From the IMG/VR virus record IMGVR_UViG_3300034073_003542, positions 145,848 to 209,847 of that record: a stretch of 64,000 nucleotides of DNA, one strand, 5' to 3'. Each line of letters opens with the position of its first letter. Within the stretch, counting starts at the first letter, position 1. Positions 11,884 to 23,229 of this stretch are shown one piece after another. Below the pieces are notes generated by a model. It saw nothing but the letters and a program-made list of their open reading frames with translations, searched no databases and was not told the origin of the DNA. The translations under genes were made by a program, and so were the position numbers.

Positions 11884-12721
11884 AATCTTTCTGTGTAGTA
11901 CGAATTTCCCACCAATTATCTATTGCAAAATCTCTAAACCATCCACTCGTGAGCGTGGTACAAATTTTCTCTTGCGCTGCGCTGAACGCTATTCTACCAG
12001 GCATTTGTGGTTTGTCAAGCACTAGCTTTGGAATAATAAATCTTTCCAGAGCAATAACATACGCTTCTTCTTGCACACATCGTATTTTATCTTCATGAGA
12101 TAATTCATCCCACAAATCTCGTTCGCACTTAGCGAGTTCTGGATTTCTCTTGAGTCGTTCATAAATCGGTTCCGCATAATAAGCAACTATACGATGAAGA
12201 GAATCATGGTCGAATACTTTGTCTACAAAATCATCAAAAAACTCTTCATTAGTTTTATTAAGAGAAGGAACACGATCTTTGAATTGTTCTTTGGTAAGCT
12301 TAATTCGCTCTTTTAGAATAGGATGATCCAATGAAGTAATATCACTCCCCAAAAGCTCCTTAATTTTTTGTAGTTCAGAGATATGTCTCATGAATTTGAT
12401 AGGACGCCAAACATGACTTCTTTTTTGAATATAGAGTTCTTGAGGAGTACAGACTACAAATCTAAAAATCTCCTTATCGTCAACTTTGTAAGAAGCTTCT
12501 GTGTTAGAATCGCCCACAAATTTATTATTGTTTAGAGAATCTCTATTGATAAACTCAATATTGTTATCGTATGAGACAGCAGACTTCCCCTCAAAACTTA
12601 GACCGATTTTATTTAAGTCGGCTTCTGAGGCAATAAAGTCCCAATCTGAACTATTGGAGTTAGATTCATACGAAGTGCCTTGCCAGTATCTCAAAGCTCT
12701 TGAACCAGTTAATAGAATCAT
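11819..12721 (-). CDS. putative nucleotidyltransferase-fold phage protein
   Basis: N-terminal GSRA...SDWD (GS..DxD) motif; DHDSLH. Confidence 0.6.
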   Translation of the reverse strand: MILLTGSRALRYWQGTSYESNSNSSDWDFIASEADLNKIGLSFEGKSAVSYDNNIEFINRDSLNNNKFVGDSNTEASYKVDDKEIFRFVVCTPQELYIQKRSHVWRPIKFMRHISELQKIKELLGSDITSLDHPILKERIKLTKEQFKDRVPSLNKTNEEFFDDFVDKVFDHDSLHRIVAYYAEPIYERLKRNPELAKCERDLWDELSHEDKIRCVQEEAYVIALERFIIPKLVLDKPQMPGRIAFSAAQEKICTTLTSGWFRDFAIDNWWEIRTTQKDFVKDFKEAYNVGRIEKYARKG

Positions 12722-13115
12722 TATGCTCCACCCCCAATAGCTTCTGCTCGTCCAGCTTCAATCCTGTGTTTTCTTAACTTTCCCCAATTAGTAATGGGCC
12801 ATTTCCGTCTTTTTTGTACAGCGGCTTTTGCTTCTGTAAGATTATAGGCAATCGCAAAAGCTAATCCGCCCGACCAATCCGGCTCAAAACCGTGCCATAC
12901 ATACAATTTCAGTTTTGGTTTCTTTTCCATAAGAAAATTTGGCCGGTGTGGACACATTGGGGCATCACCCCCTCCCGCCACTCCGTTTAACAATCGGGTG
13001 AAATTATACCGTGTAGTGATGTTCTTAGGTATTCACTTAACCCCTGCTCCCGCTTCCCACTACGGTCTGCTCCTGCCAATATCTCCTGTTTGTTTTGATT
13101 CTTGTCGATACACCT

Positions 13116-13143
13116 ATTATAGCATAGAAGTCGATACTGTCAA
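13116..13143 (-). promoter_or_regulatory. promoter TTGACA-N16-TATAAT
   Basis: perfect hexamers. Confidence 0.8.
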
Positions 13144-13309
13144 GCCTCAGACGATCCCAAAATGCCGCATGATCTTTTCAACTATTGCATAAATTGCGTA
13201 TGGAGGAAAAAATATAGCAAGTAATTTCCACCAACCTTGGGCAACAACCATTCCTGCAAAATACATAAACATTAACCAAACAGACGCCATATTTAAGGTT
13301 GGATATTTT

Positions 13310-13636
13310 TTAGCCTGCTTTTTTTTCTTTTTGGAGATTGGGGCGGGATTCATCGGATACTCCTTTTTCGGTAGGATTATATAGGGTCTTAATTTTAATC
13401 ATGAAGAATGTTCCGCAAAATGCTCCTGATGCTAATGGAATTAAATAGTAAACATTCTCCGAATAAGATATTACACCATAAGCAAGTAAAGAATAAATAA
13501 CGCTTGTTGTTACTGCTCCCCTTAAAGCTTTGCCTTCATTGACGCATATTATATAGTATGAATAAAGAGCATCTATAATAAAATAACATATGAAGATTTG
13601 TAGGGCTGTTATATATGAGAAGTCTGTACTATTCAT
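13310..13636 (-). CDS. small multi-pass membrane protein
   Basis: three hydrophobic segments. Confidence 0.6.
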   Translation of the reverse strand: MNSTDFSYITALQIFICYFIIDALYSYYIICVNEGKALRGAVTTSVIYSLLAYGVISYSENVYYLIPLASGAFCGTFFMIKIKTLYNPTEKGVSDESRPNLQKEKKAG

Positions 13637-13941
13637 GTTCGACCTTGGTACTTTAGATTAGACATATCAATCTGATATATCAAATATTTTCCGCCCAATA
13701 GCTCTTATTTCTTCTATGCTAATATCTTCAACAGTAGTCCAACTAACTTGGGGCAATTTTCTCCAGCCAGGAGGTTGCCAGATGCGATAAACCTGAAATA
13801 GTATTCCCCCTATTGCTCTAATTTCACCCTTTTTTAAGCCCTTTTCACTGCTTGTTAGAATTGCCCCAAATCCTCCCACCCATTCATATTCGATATGGTC
13901 AATAATAGCCGTAAAATGAGACGCTCTAAATCTTGCTTTTG

Positions 13942-14649
13942 TTAAGTCCACATTGACCCCCTTAATTCTATGAGTTTGATTAATTTTTCTGTATCTTCTT
14001 TTTCGTATTGTTCTTCTAATTCTTCCGCTTGTTTGTATCTTTGTTTTTTGTCTAAGTAGTGAGATATTGGATTTTTGTTTTCTTTTTCTTCGTAGAAGTC
14101 CATCGGATCTTTTCTATTAGGGCGATGGATTGTCCACCATTCATAAAGTTCTCGAAATTGTTTCGCTGCTTCTATTTGGTGATCGGGACAAGGATATTCT
14201 TCATTCACACTGTTTTCGGCCCAAGCGACATATCTATAAAATCCTTCCTTACCTTTTTCGTTCTTTTTTCCAGATCGCCCACCTATTTCGCCCTCACAAA
14301 ATTCATAACAGAAAGCATCAAACAAACAATGTAAGATACGAGTATCCATGTCGTACCATTCACCACGAGGAAGTTTACTTACAAGAGCGTGTGTATGATT
14401 AACGAAACGATTTCTATATTCGCACTGGATACTCCACCATAAATCACCTGGGAAGTATACAATATTTTGTAGTGTATCTAGGAATTCTTCAGCAAACCAA
14501 TATCTCCAAGAATGTTTGGCTTTTAATTCTTTTCTCCAATTATCCCATCCTTCAAAAGAAAGATAGTGTGGTTTTTTCTCACCTCTGATCCAGTTCGCAA
14601 ATTTAGAACATGACCAGTAATTGATTCGTGTGCGTTTTCTTAGCATCAT
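13942..14649 (-). CDS. conserved Trp-rich phage hypothetical protein
   Basis: 235-aa ORF ending LIELRGSMWT. Confidence 0.7.
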   Translation of the reverse strand: MMLRKRTRINYWSCSKFANWIRGEKKPHYLSFEGWDNWRKELKAKHSWRYWFAEEFLDTLQNIVYFPGDLWWSIQCEYRNRFVNHTHALVSKLPRGEWYDMDTRILHCLFDAFCYEFCEGEIGGRSGKKNEKGKEGFYRYVAWAENSVNEEYPCPDHQIEAAKQFRELYEWWTIHRPNRKDPMDFYEEKENKNPISHYLDKKQRYKQAEELEEQYEKEDTEKLIKLIELRGSMWT

Positions 14650-14664
14650 ACAATTCGTGTTTAT

Positions 14665-14702
14665 AAAAAAAGATAGCGTTTAGTCTTACAAAAGCAGCTA
14701 TC
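14665..14702 (-). terminator. intrinsic terminator-like hairpin
   Basis: GATAGC...GCTATC followed by T7 on the minus strand. Confidence 0.55.
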
Positions 14703-14783
14703 AGTAAATCTACGGTTTTGCCTCGGACTTTTATATCCTATCGGGATACCCGCGACCCGAAACTTGTGTTTGGCAATATTACT

Positions 14784-14811
14784 ATCATAGCACAACAAAC
14801 CAGTTTGTCAA
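14784..14811 (-). promoter_or_regulatory. promoter TTGACA-N16-TATGAT
   Basis: hexamers with 16-nt spacer and extended TG. Confidence 0.7.
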
Positions 14812-14847
14812 GCTCAAATCCACAGATTGCCACAATCACAATTTGGG

Positions 14848-15663
14848 TTACTTGTTTACTTTAATTAAATTTTTAACTTTGTTATATTTTCTTTTTAATC
14901 CAATATCTAAACGATCTTGATATAAATAGTTAGCTATTTTAACTACAGCATCCAAACTAGAAACACGTATTCTTGAATCTTTATGTCCTTTTTTTGATAT
15001 ATTTTTTTGAATTTTGTATTTTTTGATTTTGATCTTATTAAATAAAGATACTATACTGGACCAATCTTGCTCGTATGTAGAACCAAGAATAAACTGTTTT
15101 GCTTTATTTGTAATATAAAAACATCCGTCTCCATCAAAATATCCTCTATAAAATAGATAGTGCTTATTTTTAGGTATCAGTTTTAATAATTTATTTGGAG
15201 GAGTATAGTTTTTTTTGTTAAAGTCAAAAGATATTAATTTAGAAACAAGGGCTATATCATTAATTGCAAGTGTAATATTTTTTTGTCTTTTAACTCCTTT
15301 TTTATCCACCCTCTCTTTTCTAATAAATAAACTCCACTTTCCTACTTTAGTAAAACAGTTTTTTAGGATCTTATAGTCAGTAAATAAAATTTGACACTGT
15401 AAACTACAATATTTATGATTTTTTGATGATTTATAAAGGAATCCATCAGCCCATAAAAACCCTAAAATATAAATTTCTTCATCTGTTAAGTCTTTAAAAG
15501 ATTTATTGTACCAATCTGTTTTTCTAGGAGCATATCTTCTAATATCATATTTAGAAAGTTGACCATAAACGTGATTGGTTGTACATCCTAATTTTTTAGC
15601 TATTAGAGAAGCGGGATTATTTTCTTTAATAAATAATCTATATAATAATTTCTTTGCTATCAT
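14848..15663 (-). CDS. LAGLIDADG homing endonuclease (free-standing)
   Basis: YILGFLWADG and FYRGYFDGDG motifs; very AT/Lys rich. Confidence 0.85.
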   Translation of the reverse strand: MIAKKLLYRLFIKENNPASLIAKKLGCTTNHVYGQLSKYDIRRYAPRKTDWYNKSFKDLTDEEIYILGFLWADGFLYKSSKNHKYCSLQCQILFTDYKILKNCFTKVGKWSLFIRKERVDKKGVKRQKNITLAINDIALVSKLISFDFNKKNYTPPNKLLKLIPKNKHYLFYRGYFDGDGCFYITNKAKQFILGSTYEQDWSSIVSLFNKIKIKKYKIQKNISKKGHKDSRIRVSSLDAVVKIANYLYQDRLDIGLKRKYNKVKNLIKVNK

Positions 15664-16303
15664 GATTGTATTTTAGTCTATAAATTTCTAGCTCATTTAG
15701 GCATTTAAAAAAGGTATTGTTGTAATAAATTTCTTTTGAGATATGGTAATGACAGAAAAACCAAGCTTTAGGAGCATGAATATTCCATACTTCTTCTAGT
15801 CCCCAACCAGTTCTATTATTAAATAGTGGAGCGTTTGGAGGTATAAGTTGTGGTGTCAAAAACCTTGGACAATCATGTGTTAGAACAATATCTGGTTTAA
15901 TTTGTTTATATAGTTTAAAACATTCTTCCCATTTATCTATAGTCATTTCCTCTGTCTCAAACCAGTCCAAATTAGGAGTTCTATACATCCTATCAATAGA
16001 ATACGCTCCTCCTATTTGGAAAAATTTAACACCATTTAATTCTTCATAACTAAAATAATCTTGGTAATAATGAGGAGTAAGATGTATTAAGTCGTGCCGA
16101 CAATGATTGCCTCTAATGATGCGCACTTTATCACTATCAACATTCTTTAGAGTATCTCTTGGGTCACACATACAAAAATCGCCCAACTGAACTATAAATT
16201 TATTGCGATCCTTCTCTCTTACTATTTCGTGAAACAAACGTAGCTTCTGATGAACGTCTCCACAAAGTAAAATTTCACCAAATTGTTGTTTTTTTATAGT
16301 CAT
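15638..16303 (-). CDS. metallophosphoesterase
   Basis: GDVH, LGD, GNH, GGAYSID, THDCP, HYH motifs. Confidence 0.85.
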   Translation of the reverse strand: MTIKKQQFGEILLCGDVHQKLRLFHEIVREKDRNKFIVQLGDFCMCDPRDTLKNVDSDKVRIIRGNHCRHDLIHLTPHYYQDYFSYEELNGVKFFQIGGAYSIDRMYRTPNLDWFETEEMTIDKWEECFKLYKQIKPDIVLTHDCPRFLTPQLIPPNAPLFNNRTGWGLEEVWNIHAPKAWFFCHYHISKEIYYNNTFFKCLNELEIYRLKYNHDSKEIII

Positions 16304-17710
16304 TTTATTGCCTTAAATTATGCTTTATCTTGTCTGTCTTGATAGTCTCTTCCTTCTCTAAATCCAATACAATATGCGTTTTTAATCCAAAAATGAATCA
16401 TATCCCATTGTTTATCTTTATCTTCATTGCGTGGAACCATGATATCATTGTATATTCGCTCACCACGAATACTAAATCCTTCAATGTCTTGATACCAATT
16501 TTTGAAATGTTCTTCTGTGTCGATATCTTCTTTAGACACTTTCTTGCCTCTTCTCCAATTCGTCCTGTACAATCAATGCCATAACATAATGTGCAGTAAA
16601 TGGCACTTCTCTACCCTCAAGCAAATAACCTCCAATAAAATCATAAAACCGCCCAGGATTCTTCTGAAATTCCTCATAAACAGAAGGATATTCCCATGCC
16701 AAATATCGCCCAACAGAAATCATATAATCATCAATTTGATGTCGCAGTTTCTTAGACATTATATTGCTCCAAAGTTGTGTTTGTTTCTCAACTACTGTGT
16801 ATCGAGTATACCATACATCTAACCTTTGTCAAGCGTCACTTATGGGAATAGATTTGATCTTTTTTATTTTATTTTGTTTGTCTTCGTTTATAAGTTCAGC
16901 TATTTTTGCTCTCGCCATTTTTTCAAGAGGGTATTTTTCAATTTCTTTATAATATCCAACGACAGCACTTGCATATGTCTCTTTATAATACCAACTAAAA
17001 ATAAACCAATGTTTCTTTATCTGAAACCAAGATTCTCCAGTACCGTCTTCAAATTGTACGATAGAATATCGAGTCATTCATAGCCTCCAGACTTATATTG
17101 ATTTGTTTTGAATCTTGATTCTTTCTTTTTCTTGGTTTTATGTCTATATCCACAAACTTTACATATTTCTCCATCCCCTATAATATTCCGATCACAACCA
17201 CAGCACCAACTTTCTCCTAATTTTGCTATACGGCTTTTTTGTCTATTAGACAGAATTTCTTCTTCGTTATAGTCTAAATCGAAATCTTTTGAGCTTGACA
17301 TACTTATATTTTATCACACAGTCTGAGATTTGTCAACTAAAGCTCTATATTGGGTGGAGAAATTTCTACTCGCCATCCATTTGGAATATGTTCTTTATTG
17401 CTTCCTAATCCTTTTGGATAAGTTTTTAAGAAAGATACTCCTTCGTCTGCTTCTACTTCTGGTATATTTCTACTTTGAACTTGATATGTTCTATAAACTT
17501 CTCCATCTGGTTTAACTAAGGCTATATTATATGTTAGAATAGGTTTTGCTTTTTCTGCTTGGATACCTAAATATACTATAGTAGGAGTACCTATAAACAG
17601 TAATACAAACACAAAATGTAATAGAACTGCTAAAAATCTATCCAATAAAAAATCAATATCAAACCAACGCATAAATCTTTCCCATCTTTTTTGTCTAAGG
17701 TATTCTCGTA

Positions 17711-18271
17711 TCATTTAAAAGCTAACTCCCAATGACTTGCACAAACAGGCAAATATTTTTCTTCGCATCCTAATTCCACAGAATTACCTTCGATGGTAGG
17801 AATCCCATCTATCATTTTCAGATTGAATACAGCCTTTTGTCTACAATAAAAACACGTAGTCTTAATTTCATCAATAACATCAGCTATAGATAATAATAAA
17901 GCAGAAGCAGGAAATGGTTCTTTTCTAAAATCAGTTCTTAAACCATAACAAATAATAGGTGGACTACCTGTATATGTAGCTCTCCTCATACATTTAATGA
18001 TTTCGGTTGATAAAAATTGTACTTCATCAACTAAAATAATATCAGCATCTTCATGCCAGCCAAACATAGTTTGGTCTTGTTGAATAATAAAATCCGCCTC
18101 GGTTTCTAATCCGGCTCTAGATTTTACCGTTCTTTCTCCAAAACGAGTATCAATAGCTGGCTTAACTACATCTACTTTCTTACCTTGTTGACGATAAGAA
18201 TGAGCGGTTGCTAATAAATCAAGCGTTTTGGCACTTCCTACAACCCCATACTTAAAATAGAGTTTAGCCAT
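17711..18271 (-). CDS. tdk: thymidine kinase
   Basis: GVVGSAKT P-loop, DTR, VDEVQF, YGLRTDF, zinc Cys motifs. Confidence 0.95.
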   Translation of the reverse strand: MAKLYFKYGVVGSAKTLDLLATAHSYRQQGKKVDVVKPAIDTRFGERTVKSRAGLETEADFIIQQDQTMFGWHEDADIILVDEVQFLSTEIIKCMRRATYTGSPPIICYGLRTDFRKEPFPASALLLSIADVIDEIKTTCFYCRQKAVFNLKMIDGIPTIEGNSVELGCEEKYLPVCASHWELAFK

Positions 18272-19140
18272 TATTTATATTCCTTATAACATTTATTGTT
18301 AGCTATTGAATTAATTATTCCATGACTGATATTATAGTCCTTAGCTATATGTCTATGTGTTTCTTTTCCTTTAGATAGTCTTTTTCTTATTTCTTTAACT
18401 TGTGTAAGATTTAATTTTCTTTGACTTAATAAATATTGTTCATATTTTATTCTTTGTTTTATTATCTTATCAAAATTTTTCTTTTTTCTTTTTAGGAATA
18501 TTGTTGCGTCCTTATACATAAAATCCATTAGTTTTTTAATTTCTTTGTACCCATATAATCTAATATCGCAAGTATAAGTGTTTTGTTTGGTTTTTTTATA
18601 TTTTACCATAAAAGAAGATATATTTAATTTTCTTTTAAAGAACCTTAATAAATATTCACTAAAGTCACTATTAGAAATAATCATAAAGGTATATTTATTT
18701 TGATTTTTACTCTTCGTAACAGATATACCTCCATCACCATCAAAATATCCTCTTATAAAGTGATGAATTAAATTTTTAGGTATGTGTCTGTATGGAAATT
18801 TTAAGGTATAACTTTTTTGATTATCTAATCCCTTATTAATTAAGTGATTAGTAAAAATTTCTCCGTATATTTTGATATATTTATATTTACTTTGTTTATT
18901 TTTGTTGTTTGGAGTATAATGTTTCGAATCTCCTATTTTCCCAGAATATTTTGTGTACTTTTTAAAGTAACGCAATATCTCTATATCTCTAGCCTGTAAT
19001 TCAATTTGAACGTACTTATTACTTTTCTTAGTAGAGATATGACCATCTGCACATATAAATCCAAATAAATACGCTTTATCTTCTGTATCTATGACTTTAA
19101 AATAATCGTGATCTTTATTATGTATATGTTTATTATTCAT
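18271..19140 (-). CDS. LAGLIDADG homing endonuclease with C-terminal HTH
   Basis: YLFGFICADG and FIRGYFDGDG motifs; C-terminal HRHIAKDYNIS. Confidence 0.85.
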   Translation of the reverse strand: MNNKHIHNKDHDYFKVIDTEDKAYLFGFICADGHISTKKSNKYVQIELQARDIEILRYFKKYTKYSGKIGDSKHYTPNNKNKQSKYKYIKIYGEIFTNHLINKGLDNQKSYTLKFPYRHIPKNLIHHFIRGYFDGDGGISVTKSKNQNKYTFMIISNSDFSEYLLRFFKRKLNISSFMVKYKKTKQNTYTCDIRLYGYKEIKKLMDFMYKDATIFLKRKKKNFDKIIKQRIKYEQYLLSQRKLNLTQVKEIRKRLSKGKETHRHIAKDYNISHGIINSIANNKCYKEYK

Positions 19141-20158
19141 TTTCTTTTAGCAGAAAGTTATTGTTGATGACTTTAAAACTTATATCTGAATCTTTACTTC
19201 TAACAACTATCCCCTCTGCTTGTTGTTGTGGAGAAGCGTTTGGAAAGAAGTCTTTATATTTTATGTCGGATAAAGTAAATAGCTCATTAATTGTATATTT
19301 AAAATTATCTCCTTGTTCGATAATTGGAACAAATTTAAGTTCTATTCTCTTTATAATATCTAACGCATCGTCAATTGGTAGCTTTTTATTTGTTTCAATA
19401 TCTACAACGTTGAATATATAGATGTCTGGTTCTGTTACCTTCATCTTATTTCCTTGTATATTTCCAATTACCTCTCCCTGAATAGCTACTTTAAATCCAT
19501 CTTGATGTAATTTTCTAAGCTTATTTTCTATGTCATACTTCTCGCTTAGTTTCCAGAACATATGGTCGGGTTTTTCTTTGTATGAATAATTTCGCCCACA
19601 AACATGATAATCTCCCGCTGCATCAATTAAAAATGTGGATGATGTACCATCCAGCTTTAATGATATATAGTATGGGCGACCCCAAAGAGCCTCGATAAAA
19701 CGATACTTGTCGTTATTCTGAACTCTTTCTTCGTCTGTCTTAGAAATAGGCCAACTAAATCCGCCCTTAACATCTCCTTGAATAGCTGTTGGTACTGGTG
19801 GTTCATATTTTTCTATTCCTAGAAACTCTGTAACATCAGCACCTTCAACCGCTAAACCTATTTCTGGGAATTTATCTATAGGCATAGCAACGCCTTGGGA
19901 TAAGACTTTTTTTAATTTTATGCTCTTGAGTCTATACTTGTTGATACCATCACGCCAGCAGGATTTTTTAAGAAATTCGTAGCGAGGCTCGTCTGGCAAT
20001 AGGCTGTCTATCTCAAAAAACAAACAGAGGTCGTCTACATTAAATTCATCTTTCTTGACAACGCATTGCCAATCAAGAATCTTAGCAAGAACAATCTGAT
20101 CTGCCACCTCAATAGGAAGAATTTCTTTGATTTTTTGTATTGATGCTAGCTGACGCAT
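19133..20158 (-). CDS. RNA ligase, DRB0094 family
   Basis: MRQLASIQ N-terminus, FEIDS, KTDEERVQN, KLDGTS, QGE, EGIV, FKVI motifs. Confidence 0.9.
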   Translation of the reverse strand: MRQLASIQKIKEILPIEVADQIVLAKILDWQCVVKKDEFNVDDLCLFFEIDSLLPDEPRYEFLKKSCWRDGINKYRLKSIKLKKVLSQGVAMPIDKFPEIGLAVEGADVTEFLGIEKYEPPVPTAIQGDVKGGFSWPISKTDEERVQNNDKYRFIEALWGRPYYISLKLDGTSSTFLIDAAGDYHVCGRNYSYKEKPDHMFWKLSEKYDIENKLRKLHQDGFKVAIQGEVIGNIQGNKMKVTEPDIYIFNVVDIETNKKLPIDDALDIIKRIELKFVPIIEQGDNFKYTINELFTLSDIKYKDFFPNASPQQQAEGIVVRSKDSDISFKVINNNFLLKENE

Positions 20159-20347
20159 TTTATTTCTTTCTTGTAAAATCCACCCAAAGCTCTTTTCCGA
20201 CAGTAATTAGTAGAGCTAATGTAGTGAATAGATGAACTATTATAGCAAAAGCTATTCTGTTTTTGTTTTCTAGAGTTTGTGGGATAGCTAAAAGAATTTG
20301 TCCAACGATATAGTTTATCAACAACAAATACGTTAGATATGACATTA

Positions 20348-20656
20348 TTAAACTTCTACCTTATCTATAAAATCGCCCAATTCTCTCTTAAAAGCATTCC
20401 CAATATTCCTATTATAGTTGATAAGACGGATGTTCGCCCCAAAAAATTCTTCCCCCTGTTCCTTTAAAATCCGCCCAAGGCAATTCTCAATCCAAGATTT
20501 AGATACAGAATCAACATCCTTAAAATCAAGCTCAATATGCAATTCTGTGTCAATTTCTTCCATCATAGACAGATAAAGCTCTTTACTCTGCTTAACGGAT
20601 TTCAAAGTTTTTCCCTGTATTTCTTCCAATGGATAGTAAATTACTGGACCCTTCAT
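20348..20656 (-). CDS. STAS-like domain protein
   Basis: IELDFKDVDSVSKSWIENCLG resembles DUF4325/STAS. Confidence 0.5.
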   Translation of the reverse strand: MKGPVIYYPLEEIQGKTLKSVKQSKELYLSMMEEIDTELHIELDFKDVDSVSKSWIENCLGRILKEQGEEFFGANIRLINYNRNIGNAFKRELGDFIDKVEV

Positions 20657-22235
20657 TTTAGCTCCTGTTCTGCTTTGTTATATATAGGCTGGATTAATAC
20701 CCATACTCCGTTCTCGTCTGATTTAACTTGTATATTATTTTTAGTATTTTGTAGTATTGCTAGTTTTTGACATTCGTATGAATATCCACACCAAATAGCA
20801 AATAAGATAACAGCAAATATCCCACTAATAATTACTGTTAGACAAATATTATCATAATCTCTCATCTTCGATTAACCTTTCTTGCTGGATCGCGTATAGG
20901 AGTTTTTGCAATTTGTGGATTAGGAAGTTCTGTTGTAAATTTTGTAAAATGCCATTGATTAATAGGATTATGATATTCTCCCCATCCTTGTTTATCGTAT
21001 AAGTCTTGTATCTTTTCGTCAATTTCTTTTGATAGTTCTTTATATGATTTTGATGGAAGTATCCAGCTAAAAATTGAACACATTCCTTCTCCAATACTTT
21101 GAAATCCCTTCATTATAGACATTATGATACTTCCTTCTCTGTTACATTAGTAAGTTTGGTTAAATAAACCTCAAAGATGTTAATATGGGAGTATTTAAAA
21201 ATATGATTATCTAAAAGTTCAATTATAACACCTTCTCCTATACAATCTTTAGCAGATGAGAATTTTCCGCAAACTCTTGCTTTGCCCTCATAAATACATG
21301 GATGATTAACTTGTACAATATCTCCAAACTGTAGATTCAATAAACTATCCATCAAACACTTCTCCTCATACACAGGGTCTTTGTCTCGATTGTACCATAA
21401 TCTTTGTGTTTGTCAAGCTTAGTCGAAAACGCCCCCAAAAACTATTTTTCTAAATCCTCTTTCATCAAATGTATTTAAGTCCTCAAGATTTCTCTTAGCA
21501 AATAGACCATCCTCTTTGTCGATTTGTTCGCTCAATTCTTTTCGATATTGATTAATGTCGAAATCGCAATAATCTATAACGGTACATACAATTGACTGAG
21601 GTTTCTTTTCTTTCATTAGAACCATAATAACAGTCATTCTCTTAACTACTTTTCCTTCTTCGTATTCGCTTTCTTCTGTTTCTTTTATGATTTGTATATC
21701 GGAATTGTTATCATAATACGCTTGAGGAAAATGGCTATAATAATCTTTTCTAGGTTTACCATCTAGTATCGGATCATCTGTTTTTACTCCTACATCTATC
21801 CACGGTTCTATAATATGTTCTTTATTTGCTGAACACCCTCCACCTCCAATAGAAATTACTTCTCTATCTGCTTTGATATTAACCCACGCTTCTTTTACTG
21901 GCATTATAGTTGTGCGACCCCATATATGACCTATTTCGCACTCTCCTGTCACATTTTGTGTACGATATACTTGTCCTATATGTTTGCCTCCAACTTTAAT
22001 TTGACCGTAGGCTACATCTATATATCCAATTAGATATCCAAATAACAAAACTCCGACTGTTATTGTTAATATGAATAATAGAGTTTGCCAACGAGTTAAT
22101 TCTTTTGGTTGTTTGATCATGATTTTTATAGTTTGTTAATTGTTCCTATAATATGTAAATACATGATAACAAAAGGAAGTAGTATAAAAACTATTTGACC
22201 TATTATATCTAATATTTTGTAGATCATTTCTTTTC

Positions 22236-22263
22236 TTGACAAGTCTTAATTTGGTTTTATAAT
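22236..22263 (+). promoter_or_regulatory. promoter TTGACA-N16-TATAAT for the plus-strand HNH gene
   Basis: perfect hexamers. Confidence 0.7.
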
Positions 22264-22383
22264 AAGGTGCCGCGATGTATGAGCAGATACTTCACGAATA
22301 CTACCATATATTCTACCAGACACCCAGGGTTTTGTCAACTGCTCTTGACATTATCTTGGGTTGTTTGTTTTTGGGATGTTAGG

Positions 22384-23229
22384 ATGAAAAAAACAAAGAA
22401 ATGTAAACAGTGTGGAAAAAGAAAATCTATAGACAAATACTATAAACACAAGACTTGTAAAGATGGATATAGAGATATTTGTAAGATATGTATTAATAAA
22501 TTATCTAAAGAATATGTAGAGAAAAATAAAGAAAAAATTGCCCAACGACAAAAAAAATATAGAGAAAAAAATAAAGAAAAGCTTTCTCAACAAAGAAAAG
22601 ACTATAGAGAGAAAAATAAAGAAAAGGTCAAAAAACAAAAACAGGCCAACTATTTAAAACACAAAAATAAGACATTACAAAAAAGTAAAGAATATAAAGA
22701 AAAACTTAAAAAAGAAAATCCAGAAAAATTAAAATTATGGCGAAAAAATTATTGTATTAGACATAAAAATAAATTAAAAGAATATAAGCGAAACTATCAC
22801 CAAAAAAACAAAGTAAAAATAAGAAATATAAGGAATAAATATAGAAAATATAAATACGATTCAGATATTGGATATAGAATGCAAGAGAATATTAGGAGTA
22901 GAATGAGATATCTCTTGAAAGGATATTATAAAAGTAAAGCCACACTAGAATTATTAGGATGTTCGGACGATCAACTTAAAAAACATCTAGAAAAACAATT
23001 TGAGCCAAGTATGACTTGGGATAATTACGGATATTATGGGTGGCATATTGACCATATCAGACCATGTTCTAGTTTTGATTTATCTGATCTAGAACAACAA
23101 AAACAGTGCTTTCATTATACGAATTTACAGCCATTATGGGCAAAAGACAATTATATTAAAGGTAATAAGATACCTATTTCTTCCAGTGATGATCTTCATG
23201 GCCTGCCATTAAACACCCATACGGAATAA
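22384..23229 (+). CDS. HNH homing endonuclease with Lys-rich helical repeats
   Basis: N-terminal CxxC pairs, repeated YREKNKEK, C-terminal WHIDHIRP...NLQPLWAKDN; ATG at 22384. Confidence 0.85.
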   Translation: MKKTKKCKQCGKRKSIDKYYKHKTCKDGYRDICKICINKLSKEYVEKNKEKIAQRQKKYREKNKEKLSQQRKDYREKNKEKVKKQKQANYLKHKNKTLQKSKEYKEKLKKENPEKLKLWRKNYCIRHKNKLKEYKRNYHQKNKVKIRNIRNKYRKYKYDSDIGYRMQENIRSRMRYLLKGYYKSKATLELLGCSDDQLKKHLEKQFEPSMTWDNYGYYGWHIDHIRPCSSFDLSDLEQQKQCFHYTNLQPLWAKDNYIKGNKIPISSSDDLHGLPLNTHTE

